Counted from the first letter of the stretch, positions 14,242 to 24,075 are shown. The stretch is 64,000 nucleotides of DNA from an uncultured Gammaproteobacteria bacterium (GCA_964553245.1 CAZKJM010000002.1:5878-69877), one strand, 5' to 3'. Notes: generated by a model not told the origin, from the letters alone. A program made the numbers and translations.

Positions 14242-15456
14242 ATGAGATACTCAAAACTTTTTGGCAAAACAAAAAAAGAAGCTCCGAAGGACGAAGTTTC
14301 CACAAATGCAAAGTTTTTAATGCGCGGTGGTTTTATAGATAAATTAATGTCAGGTTCGTTTACTCTTTTGCCTCTTGGTTATAGAGTTAAAGAAAAGATC
14401 GAGCAGATTGTTCGAGAGGAGATAAATAAAACAGACGCATCTGAACTTTTGATGCCGCTTTTGCACCCAAAGACTATTTGGAATGAGACAGGAAGGTGGG
14501 ATAAGGCAAAAGAAGTAATGTACCAGTTTAAAAAGGGAGACAAGGAATACGCGCTTTCTTTTACGCACGAAGAAATAGTTTTGGATTTAGCAAGAAAATA
14601 TGTTTCCAGTTATAAGGATTTACCGATTAAAGTTTATCATTTTTCCACAAAATTCAGGGATGAGCCAAGGGCAAAATCGGGAATTTTAAGAGGAAGAGAA
14701 TTTATAATGAAAGACCTTTATAGCCTTCATGAGACTTCAAGTGATTTGGATAAGTATTATTTTGAGGTAGCAGAGGCATACAAAAAAGTATTTAAGAGAA
14801 TGAATTTGGATGTAAAAATTACAGAAGCCCCGGGCGGAGTATTTACAGATAATGTTACCCACGAATTTCAGGTAATTTGTGAAACAGGTGAGGACACGGT
14901 TTATTATTGTGACAGATGTGAATTTTCGCAAAATAAAGAAATTACAAAATTAAAAGAAGAAGACAGATGTCCTAATTGTGAACAAGGAAGGATAAAAATC
15001 GGAAGATCAATTGAGGTTGGAAATATTTTTAGATTTGGAACATCTTACAGCGAAAAAATGGGAGTATGTTATATAGGAAAGAATGGTCAAAAACAATATG
15101 TCCATTTTGGAAGCTATGGAATAGGTATAACAAGGTTAATCGGAGCTGTGGTTGAGCTTTTTAATGATAAGAAGGGGATAATCTGGCCAAAAGAAATCGC
15201 TCCATACAAAGTGCATTTAATCGGACTTAATAAAAAAGCAGATGAGGCTTATCAAAAATTATTAGACCAAGAAATTGAAGTTCTATATGACGATAGGGAT
15301 GTTTCTGCCGGCGAAAAATTTGCTGACGCCGATTTGATAGGAATTCCAGTGAGGTTAGTCATTAGTGAAAAAACAAACGGAAAAATTGAATATAAGGAAA
15401 GGGCAAAGGAAGTAACAGAATTATTGGATCTAGAAGAAGTTGTTAAAAGAGTTTAA
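14242..15456 (+). CDS. proS: Prolyl-tRNA synthetase, compact bacterial-type without the editing insertion
   Basis: The N-terminus aligns to bacterial ProRS (K.EAP.D.EV.S...LMRGGFI.KL.SG.FT.LPLGYRV..KIEQIVREE...A.E.LMP.L.P...W.ETGRW). It also has class II motifs and a C-terminal anticodon-binding region. Confidence 0.8.
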   Translation: MRYSKLFGKTKKEAPKDEVSTNAKFLMRGGFIDKLMSGSFTLLPLGYRVKEKIEQIVREEINKTDASELLMPLLHPKTIWNETGRWDKAKEVMYQFKKGDKEYALSFTHEEIVLDLARKYVSSYKDLPIKVYHFSTKFRDEPRAKSGILRGREFIMKDLYSLHETSSDLDKYYFEVAEAYKKVFKRMNLDVKITEAPGGVFTDNVTHEFQVICETGEDTVYYCDRCEFSQNKEITKLKEEDRCPNCEQGRIKIGRSIEVGNIFRFGTSYSEKMGVCYIGKNGQKQYVHFGSYGIGITRLIGAVVELFNDKKGIIWPKEIAPYKVHLIGLNKKADEAYQKLLDQEIEVLYDDRDVSAGEKFADADLIGIPVRLVISEKTNGKIEYKERAKEVTELLDLEEVVKRV

Positions 15457-15763
15457 CGTTAAAAATCATTATCCACACATAGGCATAGCCAAATAAGAAT
15501 AAAATCATTAAAAGTATCAGAATAAGTGGTGAAATTCCCTTCTTTTTTCTTACAAATTCCGATGTCGGTTTTGGTATAAGGGTTGGGGGAGTAGCTTGAG
15601 CTTTGACTGGCTGTGATTGTTGAGTCGCATGTGGGGCAGGTTGTTGTGGTTGGTTTTCCGCTTTTTGTGGCTCAGCCGTTTGCTTTGGTGTAATAACGGT
15701 TCCCATTACTCGATCGTAAGCTTCTTTTAATTTAGGGTCTAGTTGAGCAGGGTTTTTATCCAT
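15443..15763 (-). CDS. Hypothetical small membrane protein with a Pro/Gln-rich N-terminal region and a C-terminal TM helix
   Basis: ORF with TM segment ILILLMILFLFGYAYVWIMIF. Low-complexity PQQPAPHATQQSQP. Confidence 0.35.
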   Translation of the reverse strand: MDKNPAQLDPKLKEAYDRVMGTVITPKQTAEPQKAENQPQQPAPHATQQSQPVKAQATPPTLIPKPTSEFVRKKKGISPLILILLMILFLFGYAYVWIMIFNVKLF

Positions 15764-15802
15764 ATCTTTATGTTAATTTTATAGTGAATTATTTTAAAAG
15801 AT

Positions 15803-16741
15803 TTGTCAAGTATACCTGACTTAGGGTATACTCTAATTTACGAAAATATGAAAATTATTGTTACGCATACATCGCCTGATTTGGATGCAATTACGTCTTG
15901 TTGGCTTATAAAAAAATTTTTACCGGGATGGCAGGATGCAATTGTAAAATATGTACTAGCGGGAAACAGGATTCAGGAATCAAAAAATACAAACGTTAAT
16001 CCTATTGAAGTAATTGGAAAAGATGAGGTAATCCATACAGATACAGGTCTTGGGTTTTTTGATCACCATCAAATTAACGATTCCAATATTTGTGCATCGA
16101 GTTTGGTTTGGGAATATCTCAAAAAACAAGAAGTAATAAGCGGAGAAGGAACAGAAGATAAAAAAGAGGCGTTGGACAGGCTTATTAAGATCGTTACTGA
16201 AATCGATAACTTTAAAGAGGTTTTTTGGCCTGATCCTACTGCGGATCATTACGATTTTTCCCTAATAAGCATAATAGACGGTTTAAAAATGGAAAAGCCG
16301 GGGCAGGACGAATATTATTTAAGTTTTATTTCAGATTGCCTTGATGCAATTTTGCATGAATTCGAAAATAGGATTTGGGCAGAGAAAGAGATAAAAGAAA
16401 AAGGTTATGAGTTTGAAACTAGATTTGGTAAAGCTTTGGGTATAGAAACAATTAACGATACAACAATAAAACTTGGACAAAAAATGGGATACGCAATGGT
16501 TATAAGAAAAGATCCAAGAAAGGGATATGTAAGAATAAAGGCAAGACCGAATAAATATCAAAAAACAGATGAAATAGATTTGACATTGGCTTATGAGAAA
16601 TTAAAAAAAATCGATCCTGAGGCTACATGGTTTTTGCATATATCAAAAAAAATGTTACTAAACGGAACACCAAAAAATCCTAAAATGAAGCCAACAAAGT
16701 TAAGTTTAAATGATATAATAGAAACGCTGCGTAGCATATAG
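15803..16741 (+). CDS. DHH-family phosphoesterase (NrnA-like)
   Basis: IVTHTSPDLDAITSCWL (DHH motif I), HTDTGLGFFDHHQ (DHH motif) and a DHHA1-like C-terminal region. Confidence 0.7.
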   Translation: MSSIPDLGYTLIYENMKIIVTHTSPDLDAITSCWLIKKFLPGWQDAIVKYVLAGNRIQESKNTNVNPIEVIGKDEVIHTDTGLGFFDHHQINDSNICASSLVWEYLKKQEVISGEGTEDKKEALDRLIKIVTEIDNFKEVFWPDPTADHYDFSLISIIDGLKMEKPGQDEYYLSFISDCLDAILHEFENRIWAEKEIKEKGYEFETRFGKALGIETINDTTIKLGQKMGYAMVIRKDPRKGYVRIKARPNKYQKTDEIDLTLAYEKLKKIDPEATWFLHISKKMLLNGTPKNPKMKPTKLSLNDIIETLRSI

Positions 16742-16809
16742 CGTAAAGCTTATAGCAAATAGTTATAATCATTATTAACTATAACCAATAAGCTATTTGC
16801 TATTTACCT
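16726..16809. repeat. Intergenic degenerate heptanucleotide tandem array (AGCNNNN/NNATAGC, about 12 units)
   Basis: agcatat agcgtaa agcttat agcaaat agttata atcatta ttaacta taaccaa taagcta tttgcta tttacct. The outer units form an inverted repeat (agcaaatag/ctatttgct). Confidence 0.7.
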
Positions 16810-16813
16810 AATT

Positions 16814-17140
16814 ATGGATTGTGTTTTTTGCAAAATCAGGGATAAAATTATCCCAAAAGAATTTATATACGAAGATGATGAAATAATGGTTTTTCCGGAT
16901 ATTCATCCTATAAAACCTGTTCATCTTTTAATAGTTCCCAAAAAACATATCCCAGAGATTATTAGCGTAGAAGACAGTAAGATTTTTGGAAAGCTTTTTG
17001 AAGCCGTTAAAAAAATGGTTAAGGAAAAAGAGTTGGAAAACAAAGGTTACAGAATAGTAATAAACGGTGGCGGAGCACAATTAATAAATCATTTGCATCT
17101 TCATTTGGTTGGACCAATAAGCAAAGATGCGAAAATGTAA
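16814..17140 (+). CDS. HIT-family (histidine triad) protein
   Basis: CVFCKI....P...IYEDDEIMVFPDIHP.KPVHLLIVPKKHI and the C-terminal HLHLHLVG histidine triad. Confidence 0.85.
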   Translation: MDCVFCKIRDKIIPKEFIYEDDEIMVFPDIHPIKPVHLLIVPKKHIPEIISVEDSKIFGKLFEAVKKMVKEKELENKGYRIVINGGGAQLINHLHLHLVGPISKDAKM

Positions 17141-17154
17141 GGAGGTGTTTTATT

Positions 17155-17337
17155 ATGGTAGTAGTAAAAAAAATGCCAGGAGACAGCGATGACTCCTTAA
17201 TTAAAAAATTTTCTAGAAAAGTAATGTCTGAGGGAATTCTTCAGGAGGCAAAAAGAAGAGAGTTTCATCTTAAACCCTCATTGGCAAAAAAAGCAAAACA
17301 GGAGGAGGCAAGAAGAGCTAAGAAAATGTGGGGCTAA
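17155..17337 (+). CDS. rpsU: 30S ribosomal protein S21
   Basis: 60 aa, VKKMPGDSDDSLIKKFSRKVMSEGILQEAKRREFHLKPSLAKKAK matches S21. SD-like aggaggtg lies upstream. Confidence 0.85.
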   Translation: MVVVKKMPGDSDDSLIKKFSRKVMSEGILQEAKRREFHLKPSLAKKAKQEEARRAKKMWG

Positions 17338-17340
17338 TCT

Positions 17341-17730
17341 ATGGACAATAAGATAAATGTTCCTATTTTTGTTGAAAGCAGATATAAAATTAATAGAAAG
17401 CGCATTAAAAAAGCGGTCGTTGATTTATTAAGTAAACAAGAGGTTACAGGGGAAATAGAAGTTTCTATTGCAGTAGTCGGAGATAGAAAAATGCGCGAGC
17501 TTTCCAAAAAATATAAAAATGAAGACAAAACCAGGAGTATTTTATCTTTTTCTCAAACGGAAGGAGAATTAATTGAAAGTCCAAGAAATGTTTTAAGGCT
17601 TGGGGATATTGTTCTTTCTTTTCCTCAAATAATTAATGATGCAGCAAAGGAAGAAAAATTAGTTGATGATAAAGTGGATGAATTAGTAGAGCATGGTCTT
17701 TTACACTTGCTTGGAATACACCATGATTAA
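17341..17730 (+). CDS. ybeY: rRNA maturation RNase YbeY (short form ending right after the His motif)
   Basis: C-terminal HGLLHLLGIHHD zinc-binding H...H.....H motif. Adjacent to rpsU, as is common. Confidence 0.7.
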   Translation: MDNKINVPIFVESRYKINRKRIKKAVVDLLSKQEVTGEIEVSIAVVGDRKMRELSKKYKNEDKTRSILSFSQTEGELIESPRNVLRLGDIVLSFPQIINDAAKEEKLVDDKVDELVEHGLLHLLGIHHD

Positions 17731-17832
17731 AAAATCCGAAGCACGAATATCGAAAATCGAAACAATAATAAAAATTAAAATGACAAAAATTCAAAACGTT
17801 TAGGATTTCGAATTTTAAGCTTTAGCAGTTCT

Positions 17833-19245
17833 ATGGTTTTTTATAGAAAATACAGACCTCAAAAAATTGAAGATTTAGATAGCGCTTATGTTCGTGAAAC
17901 TTTAAAATCAGTTTTCGAAGACAAGGATTTTCCGCACGCATTTTTATTTACAGGACCAAAAGGACTTGGTAAAACATCAACAGCAAGAATTATTGCTAAG
18001 GTAATCAATTGCGAAAAAATAAATGACTATTCTGCAATAAAAATAAAGGGGAAAGAAGCAAGTGTAAAACTAGAATCAGCAAAAAAATCCATAGAGCCGT
18101 GTAATAAGTGCGATCAATGTGCATCGATTACAAACGGTTCCAACATAGACATTTTAGAAATTGATGGGGCATCAAATAGAGGAATAGACGAGATAAGAGA
18201 TTTAAAAGAAAAAATAAAACTTTCTCCTGCCAAGGCACTTAAAAAAGTTTACATAATTGACGAGGTTCATATGCTTACAACAGAAGCGTTTAATGCGCTT
18301 TTAAAAACTTTAGAAGAGCCACCTAGTCATGCGGTTTTTATTCTTTGCACAACTGAACCTCATAAAGTACCCGAAACTATACTCTCTCGTTGTTTTAGAA
18401 TTCTTTTTAAAAGAGCCACCAAAGAAGAGTTGTTAAGATCTTTTAAACGCATTGTTTTTTCAGAAAAAATTAATATAGAAGATGAAGCGCTAGAGTTAAT
18501 AGCTGGTCTTTCCGATGGAAGCTTTAGGGATGGTACCAAAATACTTGAAGAAATTTCCGTTATTTCCAAAGGAAAAAAGATTACAAAAGAACTTTTGGAA
18601 GAAAAATACAAAGTTTTAAGCACAAAAAAATATATAGAAGAAATATTAAAGTCTTTGGAAGAAAAAGATGCAAAAAAAGGACTTTTAATTATCGGGAAAA
18701 TTGTAAAAGAAGGGCTAGATGTAAAATATTTTATAGAGCAAATGATCAATAGCTTGCATGAAGAATTATTGTTAAAAGTGGGAGTTTTAAATAATAATTC
18801 CAAAATAAAGCTTTCTATAGAAGATATTTCAAAGTTAATGAAATTAATGATAAAAGCAAATATGGACTTAAGATATTCACCAATCCCACAATTGCCATTA
18901 GAAATTGCTTTAATTGAATGGTCAATAAAAGATGAGGAGAAAAAAGAGATTAAAGAAAAAGTTTATAAAGATATTAAAAAAAATGAAACTATTTTGGAAA
19001 CACAAAAAACAACAGATTTTTGGCAAAGCTTAATAGATGGGGTAAAGCAGCATAACCACTCTATAGCAGGGGTTTTAAGGGGTTGCAATTTAGCAAGTGT
19101 TGATGATAATAAAATAGTTATAGAAACAAGTTTTAAATTTCATAAAGAAAAATTAGACGAACCAAAAATAAGAGAAATAATAGAAAAGACAACGGAAGAA
19201 ATCGGAAATAAGAGATTAGATTTATCCGTTAATATTAAAAAATAA
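17833..19245 (+). CDS. dnaX: DNA polymerase III subunit gamma/tau
   Basis: YRKYRPQKIEDL......FPHAFLFTGPKGLGKTSTARIIAK (Walker A), CNKCDQCASI zinc module, IIDEVHMLT (Walker B), SRCF sensor. Confidence 0.9.
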   Translation: MVFYRKYRPQKIEDLDSAYVRETLKSVFEDKDFPHAFLFTGPKGLGKTSTARIIAKVINCEKINDYSAIKIKGKEASVKLESAKKSIEPCNKCDQCASITNGSNIDILEIDGASNRGIDEIRDLKEKIKLSPAKALKKVYIIDEVHMLTTEAFNALLKTLEEPPSHAVFILCTTEPHKVPETILSRCFRILFKRATKEELLRSFKRIVFSEKINIEDEALELIAGLSDGSFRDGTKILEEISVISKGKKITKELLEEKYKVLSTKKYIEEILKSLEEKDAKKGLLIIGKIVKEGLDVKYFIEQMINSLHEELLLKVGVLNNNSKIKLSIEDISKLMKLMIKANMDLRYSPIPQLPLEIALIEWSIKDEEKKEIKEKVYKDIKKNETILETQKTTDFWQSLIDGVKQHNHSIAGVLRGCNLASVDDNKIVIETSFKFHKEKLDEPKIREIIEKTTEEIGNKRLDLSVNIKK

Positions 19246-19259
19246 GGGGGTGATTTTTT

Positions 19260-19541
19260 ATGTTTAATCCATTTGGACAATTGGGTGATCTTAAAAAAAT
19301 GAGAGATCAGGCAATGCAAATTCAAAAAGAATTGGAAAAAGAAGAAATTAATGTGGAAAAACACGGTGTAGAAATAGTAATTTCCGGGGATCAAAAAATA
19401 AGAGAAATTAAAACAAACGGAAAAAGTGATAACGATATTAAAGAAGCAGTGAATGAAGCGGTAAAAAAATCTCAGGAAATTGCAGCAAAAAAACTTGCAT
19501 CTATGAGTGGAGGATTGGGAGGGTTATTGGGAGGAAGATAA
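19260..19541 (+). CDS. ybaB: Nucleoid-associated protein YbaB/EbfC
   Basis: 93 aa, MFNPFGQLGDLKKMRDQAMQIQKELEKEEI...GGLGGLLGG. Canonical dnaX-ybaB-recR neighbourhood. Confidence 0.85.
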   Translation: MFNPFGQLGDLKKMRDQAMQIQKELEKEEINVEKHGVEIVISGDQKIREIKTNGKSDNDIKEAVNEAVKKSQEIAAKKLASMSGGLGGLLGGR

Positions 19542-19545
19542 ATTT

Positions 19546-20445
19546 ATGAAAATTGTTTCCGGAAGTTCTAATAAGCCCTTGGCGGAAAAAATTGCGAAAA
19601 ACCTAAACACGTCCTTATCGGGTGTTGAGATATTTGTTTTTCCGGATAAAGAAAGAAGGATAAGGATTTTAGATAAGGTTTTGGATTCAAATTGCGCTGT
19701 TGTTCAGGCTGCAGACACGCCCGCAGACCAAAAATATATGGAGCTTTTCTTTTTAGTTGACGGATTAAAAAGAAGCGGTGCAGAATCTGTAACGGCAGTA
19801 ATTCCATATCTTGGTTATCAAAGACAAGATCATATTTTTAGGGAAGGTGAAGCAGTTTCTTTACAGGTAATTGTCGAAACGTTGGAAGCAGTTGGGGTAG
19901 ATAAAATAATTACAGTTGACTTGCATACTATAAAAATTCCGGAATTGTTTAAAATTCCGATAATTCACCTATCGGCTCTTTCTATTTTTGCAGAAAAGAT
20001 AAAAGAAATCGAAAATAATCTTAGGAAAATAGTTTTAGTTTCTCCAGATATGGGAGGAATAAGAAGGATAAAAATACTTTCGGAAATGCTTGGTAATTGT
20101 TCTTATGCCACAATAAATAAGGATAGGGATTTATCAACGGGAACAGTTTCTGCTAAAGAAATAGAAGGCGAAGTTGACGGAAAAATTGCAATAATTGTTG
20201 ACGATATGATTTCTACAGGAAACACAATTTTGACAGCAGCAAAACTTCTTAAAGAAAAAGGCGCAGAAAAGATTTACGTGTTCGCAACACACGGAATATT
20301 TTCCGATGATGCAGGAAAAAATCTGCAAAATAATTTAATAGGAAAAGTTTTTGTTACAGATAGCGTTTTTATTTCGAAAGAAAAATGTTTTGAAAAACTT
20401 GAGGTTTTAACAATTTCAACATTAATTGCAAATAACTTAAAATGA
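19546..20445 (+). CDS. prs: Ribose-phosphate pyrophosphokinase (PRPP synthetase)
   Basis: MKIVSGSSNKPLAEKIAKNL N-terminus, PRPP-binding loop VDDMISTGNT. The start was set to ATG 19546 behind the GGGAGGAAG SD. The ORF-track start overlaps ybaB. Confidence 0.8.
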   Translation: MKIVSGSSNKPLAEKIAKNLNTSLSGVEIFVFPDKERRIRILDKVLDSNCAVVQAADTPADQKYMELFFLVDGLKRSGAESVTAVIPYLGYQRQDHIFREGEAVSLQVIVETLEAVGVDKIITVDLHTIKIPELFKIPIIHLSALSIFAEKIKEIENNLRKIVLVSPDMGGIRRIKILSEMLGNCSYATINKDRDLSTGTVSAKEIEGEVDGKIAIIVDDMISTGNTILTAAKLLKEKGAEKIYVFATHGIFSDDAGKNLQNNLIGKVFVTDSVFISKEKCFEKLEVLTISTLIANNLK

Positions 20446-21056
20446 GAATTCCAAAAGCGATACAGAATTTAATTGAGTCTTTCGAGAAACTTCCCGGAAT
20501 CGGACCAAAAACAGCACAAAGATTAACTTTTTATCTTTTACATGTTCCCCAAGGTGAATTGGATAAATTTTCAAGTTCAATTGAAAATTTAAAAAAACAA
20601 ACGGTTTTTTGTTCCGAATGTTTTATGATTGGAGAAAATAATCCTTGCAGTATTTGTTCGGATTCAACTAGAGATGATTCTTTATTATGTGTAGTTGAGC
20701 AACCATTAGACGTTTTAGCTCTTGAAAAAAATGGAAAATTTAACGGAAAATATCATGTGCTTCACGGAAAAATTGATCCTTTGAATAATATTGGACCGGA
20801 CGAAATCTATATAAAACAACTTTTTCACAGGTTAAAACTTAATCCGCAAATTAAAGAAATAATATTAGCAACCAATCCGACAATGGAAGGAGAAGCAACG
20901 GCAATGTACATTAACAAAAATCTCAACTCTCACTTATCGAATCGAGCAAAGCCTAAAGTTACAAGAATTGGGAGAGGGCTGCCGGTTGGAGCAGATTTAG
21001 AGTATGCGGATGAAATAACTTTGCAAAGGGCAATGGAAGGAAGAAGCGAATACTAA
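20442..21056 (+). CDS. recR: Recombination protein RecR
   Basis: LIESFEKLPGIGPKTAQRLTFYLL (HhH), C4 zinc finger CSECFMIGENNPCSICSD, Toprim and IILATNPTMEGEATAMYI. Confidence 0.9.
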   Translation: MRIPKAIQNLIESFEKLPGIGPKTAQRLTFYLLHVPQGELDKFSSSIENLKKQTVFCSECFMIGENNPCSICSDSTRDDSLLCVVEQPLDVLALEKNGKFNGKYHVLHGKIDPLNNIGPDEIYIKQLFHRLKLNPQIKEIILATNPTMEGEATAMYINKNLNSHLSNRAKPKVTRIGRGLPVGADLEYADEITLQRAMEGRSEY

Positions 21057-21133
21057 GATAGCAAATAGCATATGGCTGATAGGTAGTAGCACATAGATAG
21101 AAATAGAAACTATTTGCTATATGCAATAAATCT
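21057..21133. repeat. Intergenic degenerate heptanucleotide tandem array (about 11 units)
   Basis: gatagca aatagca tatggct gataggt agtagca catagat agaaata gaaacta tttgcta tatgcaa. Flanked by the inverted agcaaatag/ctatttgct. Confidence 0.7.
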
Positions 21134-21146
21134 AAAAAACTAATAT

Positions 21147-21683
21147 ATGGATAAAACAGGTTTATTTGGAGAAATTTTAGAACAAGGACAAAGCGTTGCA
21201 AGCGATACGAAAAATGTAGTTAAGGGTCAGTTAACCGGATTTGGAAAAGCAGCTAAATCCCAAATTGCCCCATCGTTTAGTCAAGTTCAACAATCAAATC
21301 AAAAAATCGATAATAATTCACAACAAAAAACTACGGATGAAAAGACTGAATCAGAAAAAAAAGAAATGCTTGGGCATTTATATGGAATAAAAGACGATAA
21401 GAATAGAATTGACAGTAAGCATCAAGCTAGTAAGTCTCAAGACATAAAGAGTCAAGAGGATCAGGAAAAAATAAAGCAATTGAGGAATAGGTTACATAAT
21501 GAGTATTATCAAAATTTGGTAAATCCTCCTAAGCCAAAAGAAGAGAGACCACAGGAAAAATTGGAAAGAGAAAAACAGCAGGAAATGAATGATCTTTCAA
21601 AAAAAGAAAAAGAAAAACCAAAACCGCTTGCGGTCCAAAGAGCGCAGCAGTCTACGGAAAAATTTAGAGGAGCAAGCGGATAA
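21147..21683 (+). CDS. Hypothetical charged, low-complexity protein (Lys/Glu/Gln-rich)
   Basis: ORF only. Confidence 0.35.
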   Translation: MDKTGLFGEILEQGQSVASDTKNVVKGQLTGFGKAAKSQIAPSFSQVQQSNQKIDNNSQQKTTDEKTESEKKEMLGHLYGIKDDKNRIDSKHQASKSQDIKSQEDQEKIKQLRNRLHNEYYQNLVNPPKPKEERPQEKLEREKQQEMNDLSKKEKEKPKPLAVQRAQQSTEKFRGASG

Positions 21684-21733
21684 AAAGAATTTAGAATATG
21701 GAATTTAAAATTAAGAGCTAATATAATACAGGA

Positions 21734-23170
21734 ATGTTAAAGATTTTTAATACATTAACAAGACAAATCGAAGACTTTCAGCCAATAGATGCGTATAACG
21801 TAAAAGTATATGCTTGTGGCCCTACGGTATATGATTACGCTCACATCGGTCATATGCGAAGATATGTCGGAGACGATATTTTAATTAGAGTGTTGGAATT
21901 CGATGGCTATAAAGTTACTCATGCAATGAATATTACGGATGTTGGTCATCTTGTATCTGATCAGGATACAGGAGAAGATAAAATGGAAAAAGGCGCTAAG
22001 AAACTTGGTTTATCTGTTAATGAAATTGCAAAAAAGTTTGAAAATCAATTTATAAACAGTATGAAACTTTTGGGAAACAAGATGCCGGATTTACTGCTAA
22101 GAGCAACCGAGCATATTCAAGAGCAAATAGAATTAATTCAGATCTTAGAAGAAAAGGGATTTACTTATAAAACAAAAGATGGAATTTATTTTGATACTTC
22201 AAAATTTCCGGAGTATGATCAATTATCAAAACAACCTTTGGAAAATATTAAAGCAGGGGTAAGAATCGATTTAGGGGAAAAAAGAAATCCAACAGATTTT
22301 GCTTTGTGGAAATTTTCCTATTCAAATGGAAGATCCTTCGACTCTGCTCAGGATGGCTCCGCTTCGCGTCGCCAAATGGAGTGGGAGAGTCCTTGGGGCG
22401 TTGGATTTCCGGGTTGGCATATTGAATGCAGTGCAATGTCTATGAAGGCATTGGGTTTGTCTTTTGATATCCACACAGGTGGAATTGACCATATTAATAT
22501 TCACCACACAAACGAAATCGCACAGTCTGAAGCGGCGTCCGGAAAAAAATTCGTTAATTATTGGGTGCATCATAATTTTTTAACAGTTGAGGATGAAAAA
22601 ATGAGTAAAAGTTTGGGAAATTTTTATACGGTTGAGGATATTGTTAAACAGGGGTATGAGCCATTGGCTCTTCGTTATTTATATCTTCAGACTCATTATA
22701 GACAAGAGATGAATTTTACTTTCGATGCTTTAAAAGCAGCGAATGTTGCCTTGAATAAATTAAGAGATGAGGTTTTATCATGGGATGATCCGGACGGGAA
22801 AGGGGTTGAAGATTATGAAAATTTATTTTTTGAAACAATTAATAATGACTTAAATATGTCAAAAGCGCTTTCCATTGTTTGGGAAACTGTAAAAAGTAAT
22901 TATCCAACATCCGCAAAAAAAGAAACGATATTAAGATTTGATAAAGTTCTTGGTCTTGATTTGGAAAACGCCCAAAAATACAGAAAAAGAATTGATAAAG
23001 TTTCGGAAAAGGTTTTAAAAATGGTTGAGGAGAGAGAAAGATTAAGAAAAGAAAAACATTATCATATGGCAGATGAGCTTCGTTTTAAAATTCAAAAAAT
23101 GGGTTACGATGTAGAGGATAAAAAAGAGGGTCCAAAAATAATCGTGTTTGACAAATCAAAACAAAATTAG
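21734..23170 (+). CDS. cysS: Cysteinyl-tRNA synthetase
   Basis: CGPTVYDYAHIGHMRRYV (HIGH), SPWG.G.PGWHIECSAM, KMSKSLGN. Contains a short GC-rich in-frame insertion before SPWG. Confidence 0.9.
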   Translation: MLKIFNTLTRQIEDFQPIDAYNVKVYACGPTVYDYAHIGHMRRYVGDDILIRVLEFDGYKVTHAMNITDVGHLVSDQDTGEDKMEKGAKKLGLSVNEIAKKFENQFINSMKLLGNKMPDLLLRATEHIQEQIELIQILEEKGFTYKTKDGIYFDTSKFPEYDQLSKQPLENIKAGVRIDLGEKRNPTDFALWKFSYSNGRSFDSAQDGSASRRQMEWESPWGVGFPGWHIECSAMSMKALGLSFDIHTGGIDHINIHHTNEIAQSEAASGKKFVNYWVHHNFLTVEDEKMSKSLGNFYTVEDIVKQGYEPLALRYLYLQTHYRQEMNFTFDALKAANVALNKLRDEVLSWDDPDGKGVEDYENLFFETINNDLNMSKALSIVWETVKSNYPTSAKKETILRFDKVLGLDLENAQKYRKRIDKVSEKVLKMVEERERLRKEKHYHMADELRFKIQKMGYDVEDKKEGPKIIVFDKSKQN

Positions 23171-23192
23171 TTACTCTTAAATTAAGAAAAAA

Positions 23193-23420
23193 ATGAGTGT
23201 TGAAATTTATACTGGGGGAAACGGTATTATTTCGAGCAGAACTATTTTGGGCACAGTTGAGGAGCGTAGTCCAGCTTGCAATAAAATTATAGAAAAATCG
23301 TACGTAAGTGGATATGTTCCGGAGCTTGGATCGATGCATCAGGGCTTAACCGGTTTAGAGACAGAGATAATAAGAGTAAAAGGAATTAAAGTTCATAAAT
23401 ATAACGTAGTTGAAAAATAA
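23193..23420 (+). CDS. Hypothetical small protein (75 aa)
   Basis: ORF only. Confidence 0.3.
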   Translation: MSVEIYTGGNGIISSRTILGTVEERSPACNKIIEKSYVSGYVPELGSMHQGLTGLETEIIRVKGIKVHKYNVVEK

Positions 23421-24072
23421 GATGAAAAAAATTAAAAATTTATTAGTTTTATTAACATCGATTTTTGTTTTTTCGATACCTTTTATTCAGACATATGCTT
23501 TGACATCAAATAGTAACAAAGGCTTGAATGGCTTAACTGCAAAAGAACGAATCGCTAATACAGAATCAAATAAAGGAACGGAAAGCGCAATTAAAGCTAA
23601 GGAAAATCTTAGAAAAAAACTTGAAGGCTTAAAATTAAAAGCCTGTCAAAATAAAGCGAATGCAATAAAAATCCGATCAAGGAATATTGTTGGACATGCG
23701 ATTAAGCAAATAGAAGTTTTCGATAAAATTGCTAGTAGAACATCCGAATTTTACAACGATAAAATTATTCCACAGGGAAAAACATTGGAAAATTACGATG
23801 AGTTAATAGGGGAAATAAATGCAAAAAAAGATGCGATTAAGCCATTAATTGAAGCAGCAAAAACAGATGTGGAAGAATTTAATTGTGAAAGTGAAGGGCC
23901 GGCAAATAAGATTAATCAATTTAAGGAGGATATAAAAGCAATAATAGAAGCTATGCAGGCGTATAAAAAATCAGTTAAGAATTTAATAGTAGCGGTAAGA
24001 ACATTAGCGGGTGATATTGATTTAAAAACAACCGTAACTGTAACGCCGGCTACAGAAAATACACAAGAATAA
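23410..24072 (+). CDS. Hypothetical secreted protein or lipoprotein
   Basis: N-terminal signal peptide KNLLVLLTSIFVFSIPFIQTYA. Charged helical body. Confidence 0.4.
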   Translation: MKNKMKKIKNLLVLLTSIFVFSIPFIQTYALTSNSNKGLNGLTAKERIANTESNKGTESAIKAKENLRKKLEGLKLKACQNKANAIKIRSRNIVGHAIKQIEVFDKIASRTSEFYNDKIIPQGKTLENYDELIGEINAKKDAIKPLIEAAKTDVEEFNCESEGPANKINQFKEDIKAIIEAMQAYKKSVKNLIVAVRTLAGDIDLKTTVTVTPATENTQE

Positions 24073-24075
24073 AAT

